A DNA stretch of 64,000 nucleotides from Candidatus Latescibacterota bacterium (GCA_965248435.1 OZ252100.1:3584001-3648000); one strand, 5' to 3'; numbered from the stretch's first letter, positions 29,586-41,600 are shown. Translations and numbers: made by a program. Notes: generated by a model not told the origin, from the sequence alone.

Positions 29586-31538
29586 ATGGCAATACCCCAA
29601 CCCATAACCAAGCCGACCGAACAGCGAGCCTCTGAAGGCGTGACCCTGCGGGCGTTCGTCCTGGGGCTGATCACGATCGTGGGGATGTGCATCTACTCGC
29701 AGTTCTACCGGAAACATCTGGCGATCGATTTCCTGCCCCTTACTGCCCTCCTGCCCCTGGTGTTCTGGATGGGGTTGAACATCCTGCTCAAAACGTTGTT
29801 CCCCCGCCTGGCGATGTCACGTACGGAGATGCTGGCGATCTTCGGGATCGTCTGGCTCCGTCCGTAATGTGGGCAACGAGTATGTACTTGATCGGTACGG
29901 TCACATCTCCGGCCTACTACGCCTCTCCTGAAAACCGGTTCTGGGAGGTGGGCTGGCCCCATCTACCCCACTGGATGTTCCTGGATCGCTCGGACTACGT
30001 CCTGGAGGGGTTCTTCTCCGGGTTGCCCGAGGGGGATTCGATTCCCTGGGGCCCGTGGATCACGCCGCTTTTCTGGTGGTTCGCGGGCATCCTGGGGATG
30101 GTGATGACGGGGTTCTTCGCCAGCGTGATCTTCTACAGACAGTGGGCGGACAAGGAGCGCCTGACCTTTCCGCTGGCCACGGTTCCGCAGGATCTGCTCC
30201 GGGTATCCGGGCGAGGGCGTGTTCCGGATGTGATGAAGAACGGAATCTTCTGGATCGGATTCGCCTGCACGGGAGGGGTGGTCTTGTGGAACATCGCGGG
30301 ATATTTTCTGCTCCACATGCCCAGGATCACGCTCTATGACGGGATGGCGGCCACCGCCGTGAACATAGGGAGGGGGTTTCCTCCCTATTACCTCAGGCTG
30401 CAGCCCCTGCTGATGGGCATCGCCTATCATTGCCCTCTGAACCTGCTGTTTACCTTCTGGATCTTCTATCCCATCAGAATCCTTAAAGAGGGGTTGATGA
30501 ACCGGGTCGGGTTCTCGGTGGGCCTGGAGGGTCAGCCCGCAACTACAGGCGAGATTTTGACGCTGGAAGCGAACGGTGCCCTCTTTTTCCTGGTCGCCTG
30601 GTCGATCTGGATCGCCCGGAATCACCTGAGAGTTACCTTTCGGAAGGCGTTCTCGGGTCCGCGATCCGATGACGATGGCCTGCCGGTCAGCTACCGCGCG
30701 GCCTGGCTGGGGTTCATCTGTTGCGGGGTCTTTATGGTTGGGCTGCTGGTTTCCATCGGGTTCAGCCTGCCCATCGCGATCGTCCACCTGATTCTGGCAT
30801 TCGTGGCCTACTTCGGGGTAAGTAAATACTCGGCCGCGACCGGGTTCTTCTTCCTGAGACCGCAGGGCGGGAAAGGGGGGGGGTATCATCAGGAGTATCC
30901 TGGGACTGGGGAATATGAAGCCGGGTGACCTGGCTGGGCTGGCGATCGTGGGCAACCAGGCGTTTGCTGGAGGGGGGGCACGAATCCTCGCGATCCCGGC
31001 TACGCCGCACTTCTTCCGGCTCCTCGGCGAGTCCCTTCGACGTCATCCGCTGATCTGGGGGGCGGTGCCTGCCGCCGTGCTGACGGCCTTCGTGGCGTCA
31101 CTGGGGACCTCCATCAGCCTGGGCTACTCAACCGGAAAAATGAATGTGTTACGCGGTACAATGCCGGGGTGGAGCTCGTTTCTGAACATCGTCTCCGTTC
31201 TGGAAGGTTCATCCCTTTCCTATTTCGACTATCAGAAACTGGGGGTCTGGATCTTCGGGGCTGCGGAGACCGGGCTGCTGACCTACTTGATGTCGAGTTT
31301 CTCTGGGTGGCCCATCCACCCGCTCGGGTTGGCCTTCCCCCAGTTTTACGGATTCAGCATCTTCCTGGTCTGGCTGCCCAAGTACCTGATCGTCCGGTTC
31401 GGCGGCGTTCAGCTCTACCGGCGCTCGATCACGTTCTGGTACGGGTTCATCGTGGGTTATATCTTCGGAATCGGCCTTTCGACCGTCGTCGACATGATCT
31501 GGTTCCCGACGTCGATGCATTGGGTGTATGGCTGGTAG
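29586..31538 (+). pseudogene. DUF6785/DUF6784-like membrane protein, copy 2, with two frameshifts
   Basis: Colinear with copy 1 across three ORFs. One base is missing in a C-run near 29858 and one extra G lies in G9 at 30875-30883. Confidence 0.75.
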
Positions 31539-31864
31539 GAAGGCCGTCGTTCGTCGCTCGTCGTTCGTAAAACTCAAACTTCACGGCAGATGTAGAGACG
31601 CCCCGCTGGGGCGTCTCCATAGCGTAGATGGTGGATCGCGGTCGCGTGACATTTTAGTCGTCCTGATGAATTGTGCGACTGTGAGGCCTATCCGCGCGGG
31701 AATGAATTCCCGCGCTGTAGATTCACCAAGTCCGCCACCTGGCGGACTCGATGGTAATTTGTATCCCGCTGACTGGATGGCAGATTGGAAACGCGTTGGG
31801 GCACGGCCTGCTGTGCCCTAACCGTGAATGTTCAACGTCCTAAAATTGCCTGAATGGATGATCG

Positions 31865-33820
31865 ATGGCAATTGCAAAACCAGAAACAGATCCGGCGGTG
31901 CAGAAGGCCCCCGAACGGGTGACGCTGCGGGCCTTCGTCCTGGCGTTGATCACGATCGCAGGAATGCACTACTACACGATCAACTACAGGGCGCACTTCA
32001 TGATCCACTTCATGCCGCCTACGGCGCTGCTGCCGCTGGTGACGTGGATCGGGATCAACCTGTTTCTGAGGACAGCGCTTCCCCGCTATGCGCTGTCACG
32101 CACAGAGGTACTGACGATCTTCGGGATCGTCTGGCTCCCGGCCACGATGCCGGGGGGTGTGTCGAGTTATCTGTTGAGTGCCGTCGCCGGTCCTGCCGAG
32201 TACTCGTCTCCGGAGAACCGGTTCTGGGATGTCGGCTGGCCCCATCTGCCTCAGTGGATGTTTTTGAAACCGTCGGAGTATGTCGTCGGGGGATTCTGGT
32301 CCGGGCTCCCAGAGGGAGACGCGATCCCCTGGGGCCCGTGGATCCCGGTCCTCTTCTGGTGGTTCATGGCCGCGCTGGGGATGGGGCTGACCGGATTCTT
32401 CGCCAGCACGCTCTTTTACAAGCAGTGGCTCGAGAACGAGCGACTCATCTTCCCGCTGTCGAGATTCCCGAGCGATCTCCTGGCGCAATCGGAGAACGGT
32501 CGCGTGCCCGACGTGATGAAGAACTGGGTCTTCTGGATCGGGTTCGCGTCTACATCGGGCATCCTCTTCTGGAATATCGCTGGCTACTTCGTCCTGCATA
32601 TGCCCAGGATCATGCTTTTCGAAACATTGGGCACGCACGTCGTCCACATCGGCCGCGGATTTCCCCCCTACCACCTCAGGGTGCACCCATTGCTCATGGG
32701 CCTGGCCTACCACTGCCCCCTGAACCTCCTGTTCACGTTCTGGATCCTCTACCCCCTGGATATCCTGAAACAAGGGATCATGAACCGGGTCGGGTTCTCC
32801 GTCGGGCTTGAAGGTCAGCCTGCCACGCCCAGCCACATTTCCACCCTGGAGGCCAACGGTGCCCTCTTCTTCCTCGTGGGCTGGTCGATCTGGATCGCCC
32901 GACACCATTTGAAAGAGACCTACCGGAAGGCCTTTTCTTCCCCTCGGCAAGCGGACGACGGGGCACCGGTCTCCTACCGGGCGGCCTGGCTGGGGCTCGG
33001 CTGTTCCGGCATCTTCATGCTTGGCCTCTTCGTGTCGATCGGGTTCAGCCTCCCGCTGGCGATTTTTCACGCGTTGATAACGGGGGCGGCCTACTTCGGC
33101 GTGACCAAATACTCGGCCGCGACCGGTTTCGTGTTTTTGAGGCCGCCGTCCGCCAAGGGTCACGCGGTGGTCAACTGGTTGTGGGGGACGGGCAACATGA
33201 CACCGGGAGACCTGTCGGGGATGGCGATCCTGAACAACCAGGGGTTCGCCGGCGGGGGCACGGCACGGATGCTCTCGATTCCGGCCACGCCGCACTTTTT
33301 CCGCCTCCTGGGAGATGCCCTGCGTCGAAACCCGCTCATCTGGGGCGCGCTTCCCGCAGCACTGCTGGTCGCCTTTGTCGCGACCATGGGCGCCAGCATT
33401 CAAATGAGCTACGTGGAAGGGCGACTGAATTTGAGCTCGGGCCCTACCGGTTGGGGCAAGTTTCTGGGGATGGTCCCTGTTCTGGAAGGGGCGTCGGTCA
33501 CGCGCTTCGACTACCAGAAGTGGCTGGTCTGGATCTTCGGCGGGGCCGAGGCGGGATTTTTGACGTTTATGATGTCGCGATTTTCGGGCTGGCCGATCCA
33601 CCCGCTTGGGATCGCCTTCCCCCAGTTCTACGGATTCAGCGTCTTTCTGGTCTGGCTGCCCAAGTTTCTGATCGTCCGCTACGGCGGCGTGACTCTTTTC
33701 CGGCGCTCCCTGCCGTTCTGGTATGGTTTCCTGGTCGGGTACCTCGTCGGCGTCGGCGCCTCGACCGTCGTCGACATGATCTGGTTTCCGACCTCCATGC
33801 ATTGGGTGCATGGATGGTAA
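31865..33820 (+). CDS. DUF6785/DUF6784-like membrane protein, copy 3
   Basis: Same motifs as copy 1; ends MHWVHGW. Confidence 0.75.
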   Translation: MAIAKPETDPAVQKAPERVTLRAFVLALITIAGMHYYTINYRAHFMIHFMPPTALLPLVTWIGINLFLRTALPRYALSRTEVLTIFGIVWLPATMPGGVSSYLLSAVAGPAEYSSPENRFWDVGWPHLPQWMFLKPSEYVVGGFWSGLPEGDAIPWGPWIPVLFWWFMAALGMGLTGFFASTLFYKQWLENERLIFPLSRFPSDLLAQSENGRVPDVMKNWVFWIGFASTSGILFWNIAGYFVLHMPRIMLFETLGTHVVHIGRGFPPYHLRVHPLLMGLAYHCPLNLLFTFWILYPLDILKQGIMNRVGFSVGLEGQPATPSHISTLEANGALFFLVGWSIWIARHHLKETYRKAFSSPRQADDGAPVSYRAAWLGLGCSGIFMLGLFVSIGFSLPLAIFHALITGAAYFGVTKYSAATGFVFLRPPSAKGHAVVNWLWGTGNMTPGDLSGMAILNNQGFAGGGTARMLSIPATPHFFRLLGDALRRNPLIWGALPAALLVAFVATMGASIQMSYVEGRLNLSSGPTGWGKFLGMVPVLEGASVTRFDYQKWLVWIFGGAEAGFLTFMMSRFSGWPIHPLGIAFPQFYGFSVFLVWLPKFLIVRYGGVTLFRRSLPFWYGFLVGYLVGVGASTVVDMIWFPTSMHWVHGW

Positions 33821-34100
33821 TGTAACGCTAGGCAATTGCGGAATGCCCGATTGGGGATTGCGGAATGAAAAACAAATCTCACCGCGGAGACGCAGAGGAC
33901 GCGGAGAAGACTGGGTACCGGGAAACCAAAACACGGGTACCGGGTACCGTAAAACCGTGGATCGTCGTTCGTGGTTCGTGTAGAGACGCCCCGCCGGGGC
34001 GTCTCTACGGCTAACGGGGGATTGAGGGGGATTTCCCGATGATAACTGGATTAGCTTTACGCGATACGAAACGCGATATTACGGGTGAGAGAGGTCATCC

Positions 34101-35372
34101 ATGAAGCTCACAGCGGAACAGGAAGAAGCGCTGAAAGGCCGGTCCGGTCCGGTCCTGGCCAGATACATGAAATGGTTTGTCGATTGGGGCCACGCCATGG
34201 GGGCGGAGAGGCTGGTTCCGGTCACGAACGTTCACTGCATCCTACGTACCCCGCTCCTGAAAGGGATGTCGGAAGACACACTGGATGTCTACATCGAGGA
34301 GTTTCGAGCGCTCTGCAAGCACAAGGTGAAATGCAAGACCCTGACGCACGCGAAGACGCAATGCAGGACTTCGGCCCCTTCAGGATTGACGCAGATCACG
34401 TCCGAGGATGAAATAGGAATCAGCCAGAAGGAGCTCGATTTTCAAGAAGAGCTCAACCGGATCGCTCAAGAGGCAGGAATTTCGACGACGTGGTCCTGCA
34501 CGCCCTATCTCGTGGGCAGCGTCCCCGAATTCGGAGAGATCTGTGCGTGGACGGAGTCTTCCGCGGTGGTCTTCGCCAACTCGATCCTCGGGGCGAGGAC
34601 AACCCGCCACGGGATGGAAAGCTCGCTGGCGGCCGCGTTCCTGGGCTGGGTGCCGGAATTCGGCGTCCTGCTGGATGAGAATCGGAAGGCCTCGATCCAG
34701 GTGGATGTCGACGCCGACATGAGATCGAAGAGCGATTGGGGCGCGCTTGGATATTTTGCGGGCGAGATCGCAGGAACGGAGATCCCGGTTTTCGTCGGTG
34801 TGGATCGGATCGGTCCAGAAGAGGCGAAGCAGCTGTCGGCGACGCTGCCGTATTCGGGTCAGGGTACGACGATGTTTCATATCGCTGGCGTGACGCCCGA
34901 GGCGCCGTCTCTGGACAGCGTACTCGACCCGGATAGAGAGATCAGGCGCATTTCCTTCGGCGAGAATGAAAGGCGAGAAGCCTACGGGAAGATGACCACG
35001 TTGGGGAAGGGGGAGGCGGTCGACGCAGTGATTCTGGGCTGTCCCTTCAGCTCCTTGGAAGAGCTGGAAGAGATCTCCAACCATTTGCAGAAGGAGAAAG
35101 TCGCTCCAGGGGTGAGGTTTATCGTCTGTACCTCGCACGACACCCTGGATCTCGCTTCGAAGGCGGGTTACGCGGACGTTATCCATCAGGCAGGAGGAAC
35201 GTTGATGGTGGACAGCTGTCCCGGTGCGATGGGGAAGATGCGTCCACAGAATGTGGTCTCGAACTCCTTCAAGCAGGCCTTCTATGGACGCAGCGCCCTG
35301 GAGGCCAGGACGGGCGTGGCGGACCTTGGCGGCTGCATCGAAGCGGCGATCAAGGGAACCTGGATGGCATGA
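34101..35372 (+). CDS. aconitase X catalytic (large) subunit, DUF521
   Basis: MKLTAEQE..L.G..G, SCTPY, WTESSAVVFANSILGART, FHIAGVTPEA, LGCP, DSC. Confidence 0.9.
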   Translation: MKLTAEQEEALKGRSGPVLARYMKWFVDWGHAMGAERLVPVTNVHCILRTPLLKGMSEDTLDVYIEEFRALCKHKVKCKTLTHAKTQCRTSAPSGLTQITSEDEIGISQKELDFQEELNRIAQEAGISTTWSCTPYLVGSVPEFGEICAWTESSAVVFANSILGARTTRHGMESSLAAAFLGWVPEFGVLLDENRKASIQVDVDADMRSKSDWGALGYFAGEIAGTEIPVFVGVDRIGPEEAKQLSATLPYSGQGTTMFHIAGVTPEAPSLDSVLDPDREIRRISFGENERREAYGKMTTLGKGEAVDAVILGCPFSSLEELEEISNHLQKEKVAPGVRFIVCTSHDTLDLASKAGYADVIHQAGGTLMVDSCPGAMGKMRPQNVVSNSFKQAFYGRSALEARTGVADLGGCIEAAIKGTWMA

Positions 35373-35782
35373 AAAAACAGAAGATTCGAGGGAGGAAGGT
35401 GATCGGAGGCAAGGCCTCGGGTGAGGCGGCCGTGAGCGAGACCGCGCTCTGCTTCAGGTCGGAGTTCAACCCGATCGAAGGGCGCGTGATCGATTCGAAT
35501 CACCCCATGTACGACAGGATCCTTACCGGCAAGGTCGTGGTTATGCCGTCGACGAAGGGGTCGTCCGGAAACACGATGTTTATGAGAATCGCCTCTCTCG
35601 AGGGCAAGGCGCCTTCCGCCCTGATCCACAAAGAGATCGATTCGCCCCTCGTGCTCGCGTGCGCGATCGCGAACATTCCCCTGGTGCAGATCGACGAGAA
35701 GGCGTTTGGCTCGATACAGGATGGAGATTGGGTTGAGGTGGATGCGGATAGGGGAATTATTGAGGTGTCGAGGAAAGAGTAG
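35369..35782 (+). CDS. aconitase X swivel (small) subunit, DUF126
   Basis: G.A.GEA, G.VID..HP, PSTKGSSG; ATGA overlap with the large subunit. Confidence 0.9.
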   Translation: MKKQKIRGRKVIGGKASGEAAVSETALCFRSEFNPIEGRVIDSNHPMYDRILTGKVVVMPSTKGSSGNTMFMRIASLEGKAPSALIHKEIDSPLVLACAIANIPLVQIDEKAFGSIQDGDWVEVDADRGIIEVSRKE

Positions 35783-35807
35783 AGCACAAATGCGCGTGAT
35801 TGCTGGG

Positions 35808-35903
35808 GGAATGGAGTAATGGAGTGTTGGAGTAATGGAAAGGCAAAACCAAGAACCTGCTTGATTTTCCCAATACTCCATTACTCCAGTACCGCAATAC
35901 TCC
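35808..35903. repeat. inverted pair of 8-bp-period repeats (GGAGTAAT / ATTACTCC)
   Basis: GGAGTAATGGAGTGTTGGAGTAATGG ... CCAATACTCCATTACTCCAGTACC can form a long hairpin. Confidence 0.75.
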
Positions 35904-35992
35904 AGAATCGCGGAGTCGGTAGCAAAGTGCCCAGACATAGAAATTCAGATTGAAGAGGGCTTCATATCAACACACCCGAATGGAGGTAACAT

Positions 35993-36883
35993 ATGGCAAG
36001 CAGTACAAAACGTGAACCGCTGAGGTTCCTGGTTGTGGTCGCCCACCCTCACGATTTCACCCACTGCGCCGGGACGTCCGGGATTCACATCAAGATGGGC
36101 GACTCCGTTACCGTGGTCACGATGACGGACGGCGGCATGAAGCACAACGAGCGCTACATGGACGAGCTCATGAAACCGGAAGCGGAGCGGGACCCGGAGG
36201 TGATGAGCCAGACGCCGAAGGACTACGCCGCGCAGAAGGAGAAGGAACTCCGGGGAGTGTGTGAAATCTTCGGGGTGACCGACCTTCGGATCCTGACCTT
36301 CCCGGAACCGTTCCGACGCTCCCGGTCACCTGAGGCCCTGGAGGTGCTCGAAGATATCATCCGGGATGTGCGGCCGCACGTGATGATCACTCACGCGCCG
36401 TTCAACTTTTCGCCGGTCGGGATTTCGCGGAACAGCATGGGTGTCGCGATCCTGAACGACCACCGGGAGACGGCGATCACGGCGCTGGAGGCCAGGGTGA
36501 GGCCGTCGTCGACGCCGGATTATGAGAACAAGAGACAGGCGCACAAGATCGCGGCCACTTATTTCCTGGGCGTGGACGTGATGCCGAACGAGATCGACTT
36601 CTACGTGGATATCTCGAGGTGGGGAGAAGAGCGGATGCAGGCGGAGGGCCTGTTCGCGAGTCAGGGTCAGGACGACACGTTCGCGCGGCTGCGGATAGAG
36701 AAACAGGTGGGGAACGCGGGCTGGTGTGCCAAGACTCAGTACGCGGAGGGGTTCGTTCGGGAACAGATCGAGACGCTTTCCTGTATCACGGTTTCTGAGT
36801 GGGACATGCTCCGGGCGACCGGTTCAAACATGGACATGATGAGGCATCGGGCAGGGGAGATCATGCTGACGCCTGAAATCTAA
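35993..36883 (+). CDS. PIG-L/LmbE family deacetylase
   Basis: VAHPHD, MTDG, DVRPHVMITH, NDH, YAEGF. Confidence 0.85.
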   Translation: MASSTKREPLRFLVVVAHPHDFTHCAGTSGIHIKMGDSVTVVTMTDGGMKHNERYMDELMKPEAERDPEVMSQTPKDYAAQKEKELRGVCEIFGVTDLRILTFPEPFRRSRSPEALEVLEDIIRDVRPHVMITHAPFNFSPVGISRNSMGVAILNDHRETAITALEARVRPSSTPDYENKRQAHKIAATYFLGVDVMPNEIDFYVDISRWGEERMQAEGLFASQGQDDTFARLRIEKQVGNAGWCAKTQYAEGFVREQIETLSCITVSEWDMLRATGSNMDMMRHRAGEIMLTPEI

Positions 36884-37086
36884 GGGCCGTCGTTCGTGGA
36901 TCGTGCGTCGTGTCCTTTGGGACACGACAGGATCGTCGTTCGCAAACGAAAAGCAATTCTCACCGCAGAGACGCAGAGATCGCAGAGGAAATCGATGATG
37001 AAAGGAAAAACCGGGTAGGGGCGAACCTTGTGTTCGCCCGCACAAATACGTTAGGCGAATGAACACCACTTGAATGGAGGTTCTTT

Positions 37087-37977
37087 ATGGCAGGCAATTC
37101 AAAACGGGAACCGCTGAGTTTCCTCGTCGTCATCGCTCACCCGCACGATTTTACCCACTGCGCCGGGACGTGCGGCATTCACATTAATAAGGGCGACTCG
37201 GTCACGGTGGTTACGATGACGGACGGCGCGCGGAAGCACAACGAGCGTTTCATGGACGAATTGATGAAGCCGGAGGCGGAGCGCGATCCTGAGGTGATGA
37301 GCCAGACGCCGGATCAGTATGCCGAGAAGAAGGCGAACGAGATCCAGGGCGTCTGCGCCATCTTCGGCGTGACAGACCTGCGAATCCTGACCTTCCCGGA
37401 GCCGTTCCGCAATTCGCGCTCGCCCGAGGCGGTGGAGGCGCTGGAGGACATCATCCGGGACGTGCGTCCGCACGTGATGATCACACACGCACCGTTCAAT
37501 TTTTCGCCCGTGGGGATTTCGCGGAACAGCATGGGATGCGCGATCCTGAACGATCACAGGGAGACGGCGATCGCGGCCCTGGAAGCCAGGGTGAGACCGG
37601 CGTCGACGCCGGATTATGAGAACCAGAAGCAGGCGCACAAGATCGCGGCCACCTACTACCTGGGCGTGGACGTGATGCACAATCAGGTGGACTTTTATGT
37701 CGACATCTCGCGATGGAAGGAGCAGCGGATGGAGGCGGAGGCCATGTTCGACAGCCAGGGACAGTCCGTGGAGTTCGCCCACAAGCGAACCGAGAGGGGC
37801 GCGGGGGGAACGGGCTGGCACGCGAAGACGCAGTATGCGGAAGGGTTCGTCCGGTCCGAGGTCGAAACACTCCCCTGCATCACAGTGCCTGAATGGAGCA
37901 TGATGTACGCGACCCGACCCTCGATGGACCATATCCGGCACCTGGCGGGTGAGCTAATGCTGACTCCTGAAATTTGA
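37087..37977 (+). CDS. PIG-L/LmbE family deacetylase (tandem paralog)
   Basis: Same length (296 aa) and motifs as the upstream gene. Confidence 0.85.
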   Translation: MAGNSKREPLSFLVVIAHPHDFTHCAGTCGIHINKGDSVTVVTMTDGARKHNERFMDELMKPEAERDPEVMSQTPDQYAEKKANEIQGVCAIFGVTDLRILTFPEPFRNSRSPEAVEALEDIIRDVRPHVMITHAPFNFSPVGISRNSMGCAILNDHRETAIAALEARVRPASTPDYENQKQAHKIAATYYLGVDVMHNQVDFYVDISRWKEQRMEAEAMFDSQGQSVEFAHKRTERGAGGTGWHAKTQYAEGFVRSEVETLPCITVPEWSMMYATRPSMDHIRHLAGELMLTPEI

Positions 37978-38637
37978 AGACCGGGTACTGGGTACCGGGA
38001 AGTCAAAACACGGGTACCGGGGTTCGGGTATCCGATGCCCTAGAAATTGAAGGAAATCATTTTCTCCCCCCTTTCCTCCAGGGAAGCATGTCCCGCGCGA
38101 GACGCGGGAGGGAGCCGGAGGGGTTAGGTCTGAATCGGTATAAATGTTTATTTGTAAATGACTTAAGAACAACATAAAACGTGATGTGTAACAATGTTTC
38201 GGTCCAACGGAGGGTCGGCTTTCCGCACTATTTGGAGTAAGACTTTGTTTTTTAAATTGTTAGTGAGAAATTGTATTCAAGATCGAAAAATTCGGGGTCA
38301 TTCTTCTTTTTTTGCTTGACCTAACTGATTTAGGACGTTAATTTTATAGATCAGTATTTGGATAATGGCCATTTTTATGGGGGGTGTTATGAAAGAACGC
38401 CCGATCGTTTTGTACTACAAATTTATTTTTGGCCGCACAGCCCGGGGTGCAGATGTGCGGCATTTCTATGTCTGACATGAAAGGAGGGATGCCCGCGCGC
38501 GCGATTGCAAAAGATTCCGAACTTCAAACGCGGTGATTAAAACGTAATTTTTCAAGATAGGAGGCTAAGTGGCAAAGAGATCTAGATTTAAACGTTCGTT
38601 AGGTTTAGTTTCGCCGGGTAACAACCAAGGAGGAAGT

Positions 38638-41600
38638 ATGAAGTCATTTAATATTATCGTATCCATCATTCTGGTGGGGGCCCTCTTCGCCTTCGTGCCG
38701 ACCGACGTGTTGGCCAGCACGTATGGCAAGGTAACGGGCTCGATCCAGGATGAAAACGGGAACCCGCTTCCCGGGGCAAACATCGTGATCGAAGGCACGC
38801 AGCGCGGCGCCACATCAGACGCCGACGGCAGCTTTCTGGTCATCGGTGTGCCGCCGGGCGAGCACCAAGTGACGGCCTCGATGGTCGGTTACGGCACTTC
38901 GGCCCTGCAGAAGGTGCTCGTGCAGTCGGACTTCACGACCACGATCAGTTTCAGCCTGACGGAGGCGGCGCTGGAGGCGGCCGAGATGGTCGTGACCGCG
39001 CAGCGTCCGCCCGTCGAAGTGGACCGGACCTCGAGTCGGTACGTGATCGACATCTTCGAGATCGAGAACGTCCCGCTGGCTCGGTCCGCTGAAGACCTGA
39101 TCGAGCTGGAGCCCGGCGTGTCGTTGGACGGCGCACTGCGCATCCGGGGTCGCAGCAACGATTCCCAGACCGCGGAGATCGACGGGGTCCGGCTGATCTG
39201 GACCGACGGCGAGACCTCCATGGGCGGTCGTGGCAGCGTCATGCTCACCGGGGGGATCAACAAGAGCGCCCTGCAGGAGGTGAGCATACTGACCGGCGGC
39301 ATGGATGCCGAGTACGGCCACTCCTCCTCGAGGGTCAGTTTCGTCACCCAGGATGGGGGGTCCGCGTTTTCGGGCATGGGCGAATACCGCCTGACCCCGC
39401 CCGGGAAGAAGCACTGGGGCAGGGACGTCTACGAGAGCGGCCTGATGAAGAAGAAGCTCACCGACGTGACCGGCTCCGCCTCTTTCCCGTCCGGGCTGTC
39501 TCCGACCGACTACACGGGCGAGATCGGCCACTACTTCGAGGGATCCGCCGGCGGTCCGATCTCGGATCAGGCAGGGTTCTTCGGGTCCGTTGCCCACAGC
39601 CGGGAGGCCACCATCTTTCCGGAGGCCTCGCTCACGGAGCCGTTCAACATCAAGGGCTCGGGCAACGTCACCTTCCGGCCGACGGGCGACCTGAAGGTGA
39701 AAGTGGGCGGGATGTATTCGAAGGATAAGATATGGAGGGGCGAGCGGCGGGCCATGACCACTTCAGGCGGCATCTGGGGTGCGTATGCGCCCAACAACGT
39801 CCTGAACCTCTTCCTTCCGGCCGACTACAGCGCGATGGGCCAGCAGGAGGAGAAGAACGCCCTCTACTACGCCGTCGCCACGCATTCTCTTAATCCTAAG
39901 ACGTTCTGGGAGTTTCGGGCAGCATACTCGACGAGGCTGATCGAAAACACCGAGACCAAAGTAAGCTCCACCTCGAGACCGATTGACGAGTACGGTTTCA
40001 CGCTTCCATACGACTACAATAATAGCGACGACACGGATCGCACGAGGTGGATCTTCAAGGGCGACATCACCAGCCAGATGCACAAGAACCACCTCGTCAA
40101 GGCCGGGTTCGAGCACGTCCGTTACAGTGTCCTGGAGTCGCGGCTGGACTTTAATGTCGCCAGCCCAAACGTCGCGATGGTACTCGTCGGATTTGACGAT
40201 CCGGCGATCGGGATGAAGCCGGGCAAGCCCAACCAGTACGCGGCCTACGTCCAGGACAAGATGGAGTTCGAGGGCCTGGTGATCAACGCCGGCGTCCGGA
40301 TCGATGCCTTCCAAGCTGGCGACGTCTTCGAGCCAGGGGCCGCGAACTGGATGCACTACCAGACGATCACCCGCCACCGCAACGTGCCCCTGATCGACCA
40401 CGGGACAATGTGGAGCGTCAGCCCCCGGATCGGGATCTCACACCCGATCAGTGAGCGCGCGACCGTCAGGTTCTTCACGGGGCGGTTCCGGCAGTTGCCC
40501 AGTTTTCATGGTTTCTGGTACCATGCCTGGGTCGGGAGTGACCCCATCTCGCTGGACCTGAACAACGACGGTTCGATCAGCCAGCAGACGGAGCTCTACA
40601 ATCGAATGACGCTGAAGCACAACGGCTTCGGCCCGTCCCCGGGCATCAGAGAGGGGCGGGAGCAGACCATGGAGGTCGGAGCGGACTGGAACTTTGCGGG
40701 CGACTATGTCGGGTCCCTGACCATGTTCTACGCCGATAAGAACGGGACCGGCTCTACCTACTACATGCCCCCGGAGAAACTGAACCCCGTCGGGTTCAGG
40801 GGTGAGAACATGAAGGCGCAGTCCAACAACCCTGGATTCGATTCCAGGCGGGGGTTCGAGCTCTCGTTCAAGAAGATGTTCAGTCAGATGACCTCGTTCA
40901 GCGTGGCGTGGAACGTCCAGTGGGTCGCCCAGTTCAGTTCGTTTAAATTCAGCTATATGCATCCCGGCGCGAACTACGTGAACAGCGACCGGTGGTTCCT
41001 GGGCGTGGACATCAACTCCGACGGGTCGGAGACGCCTCACGTACCTTCGGCGGCTGAGCGGGCTGAGTACGCTGCCATCGCACAGGCGGACCTCAACAAT
41101 TCCCTCGCCCTCGTGGGCGCCGCCGCTGAAGAGAACGGGTTCTGGTTGCCCGTGGTGGAGGACGGCGTAGAGGGCAACTATATCGACCAGCGTCAGGGGG
41201 TCCGCATCAGCAGTTTCCTGGAAGGCACGGATCGGCGCAACTACGGGAGTGCGCAGTTCCTGTTCTCCGCGCCGACGGACTTTCACATAACGGCCCTTCA
41301 GGGGTTCCGGGCCACGTTGCTCTACCGGATCCAACAGGGGACTTCCTTCCCTTACACGCCGATTGGATCGCCGCCCAAACAGGTGTCCGGACCTCCTTCG
41401 ACGGTGACGGACGTGAACTTTGAGAGAGATTTCTCGTTCGGCCAGGGCGGCACGATCACGGGCTTCCTGGAGATCAAGAACCTGTTCGACCAGCGGGACA
41501 ATGTGATCTTTGGCGGCTCCGGTTTCGAATTCAGCTACATGGCGTACGGGCTGCAGACGCGGCCACCGGACGATCCGGACTTCCTCGCGTATGGCAACAT

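Noticed and set aside
32096-33934. 612-aa minus-strand ORF and similar long overlapping ORFs (e.g. 46099-47814, 54754-56070, 43143-44339)
   Set aside because: Alternative-frame or antisense products of GC-rich codon bias over well-supported genes.
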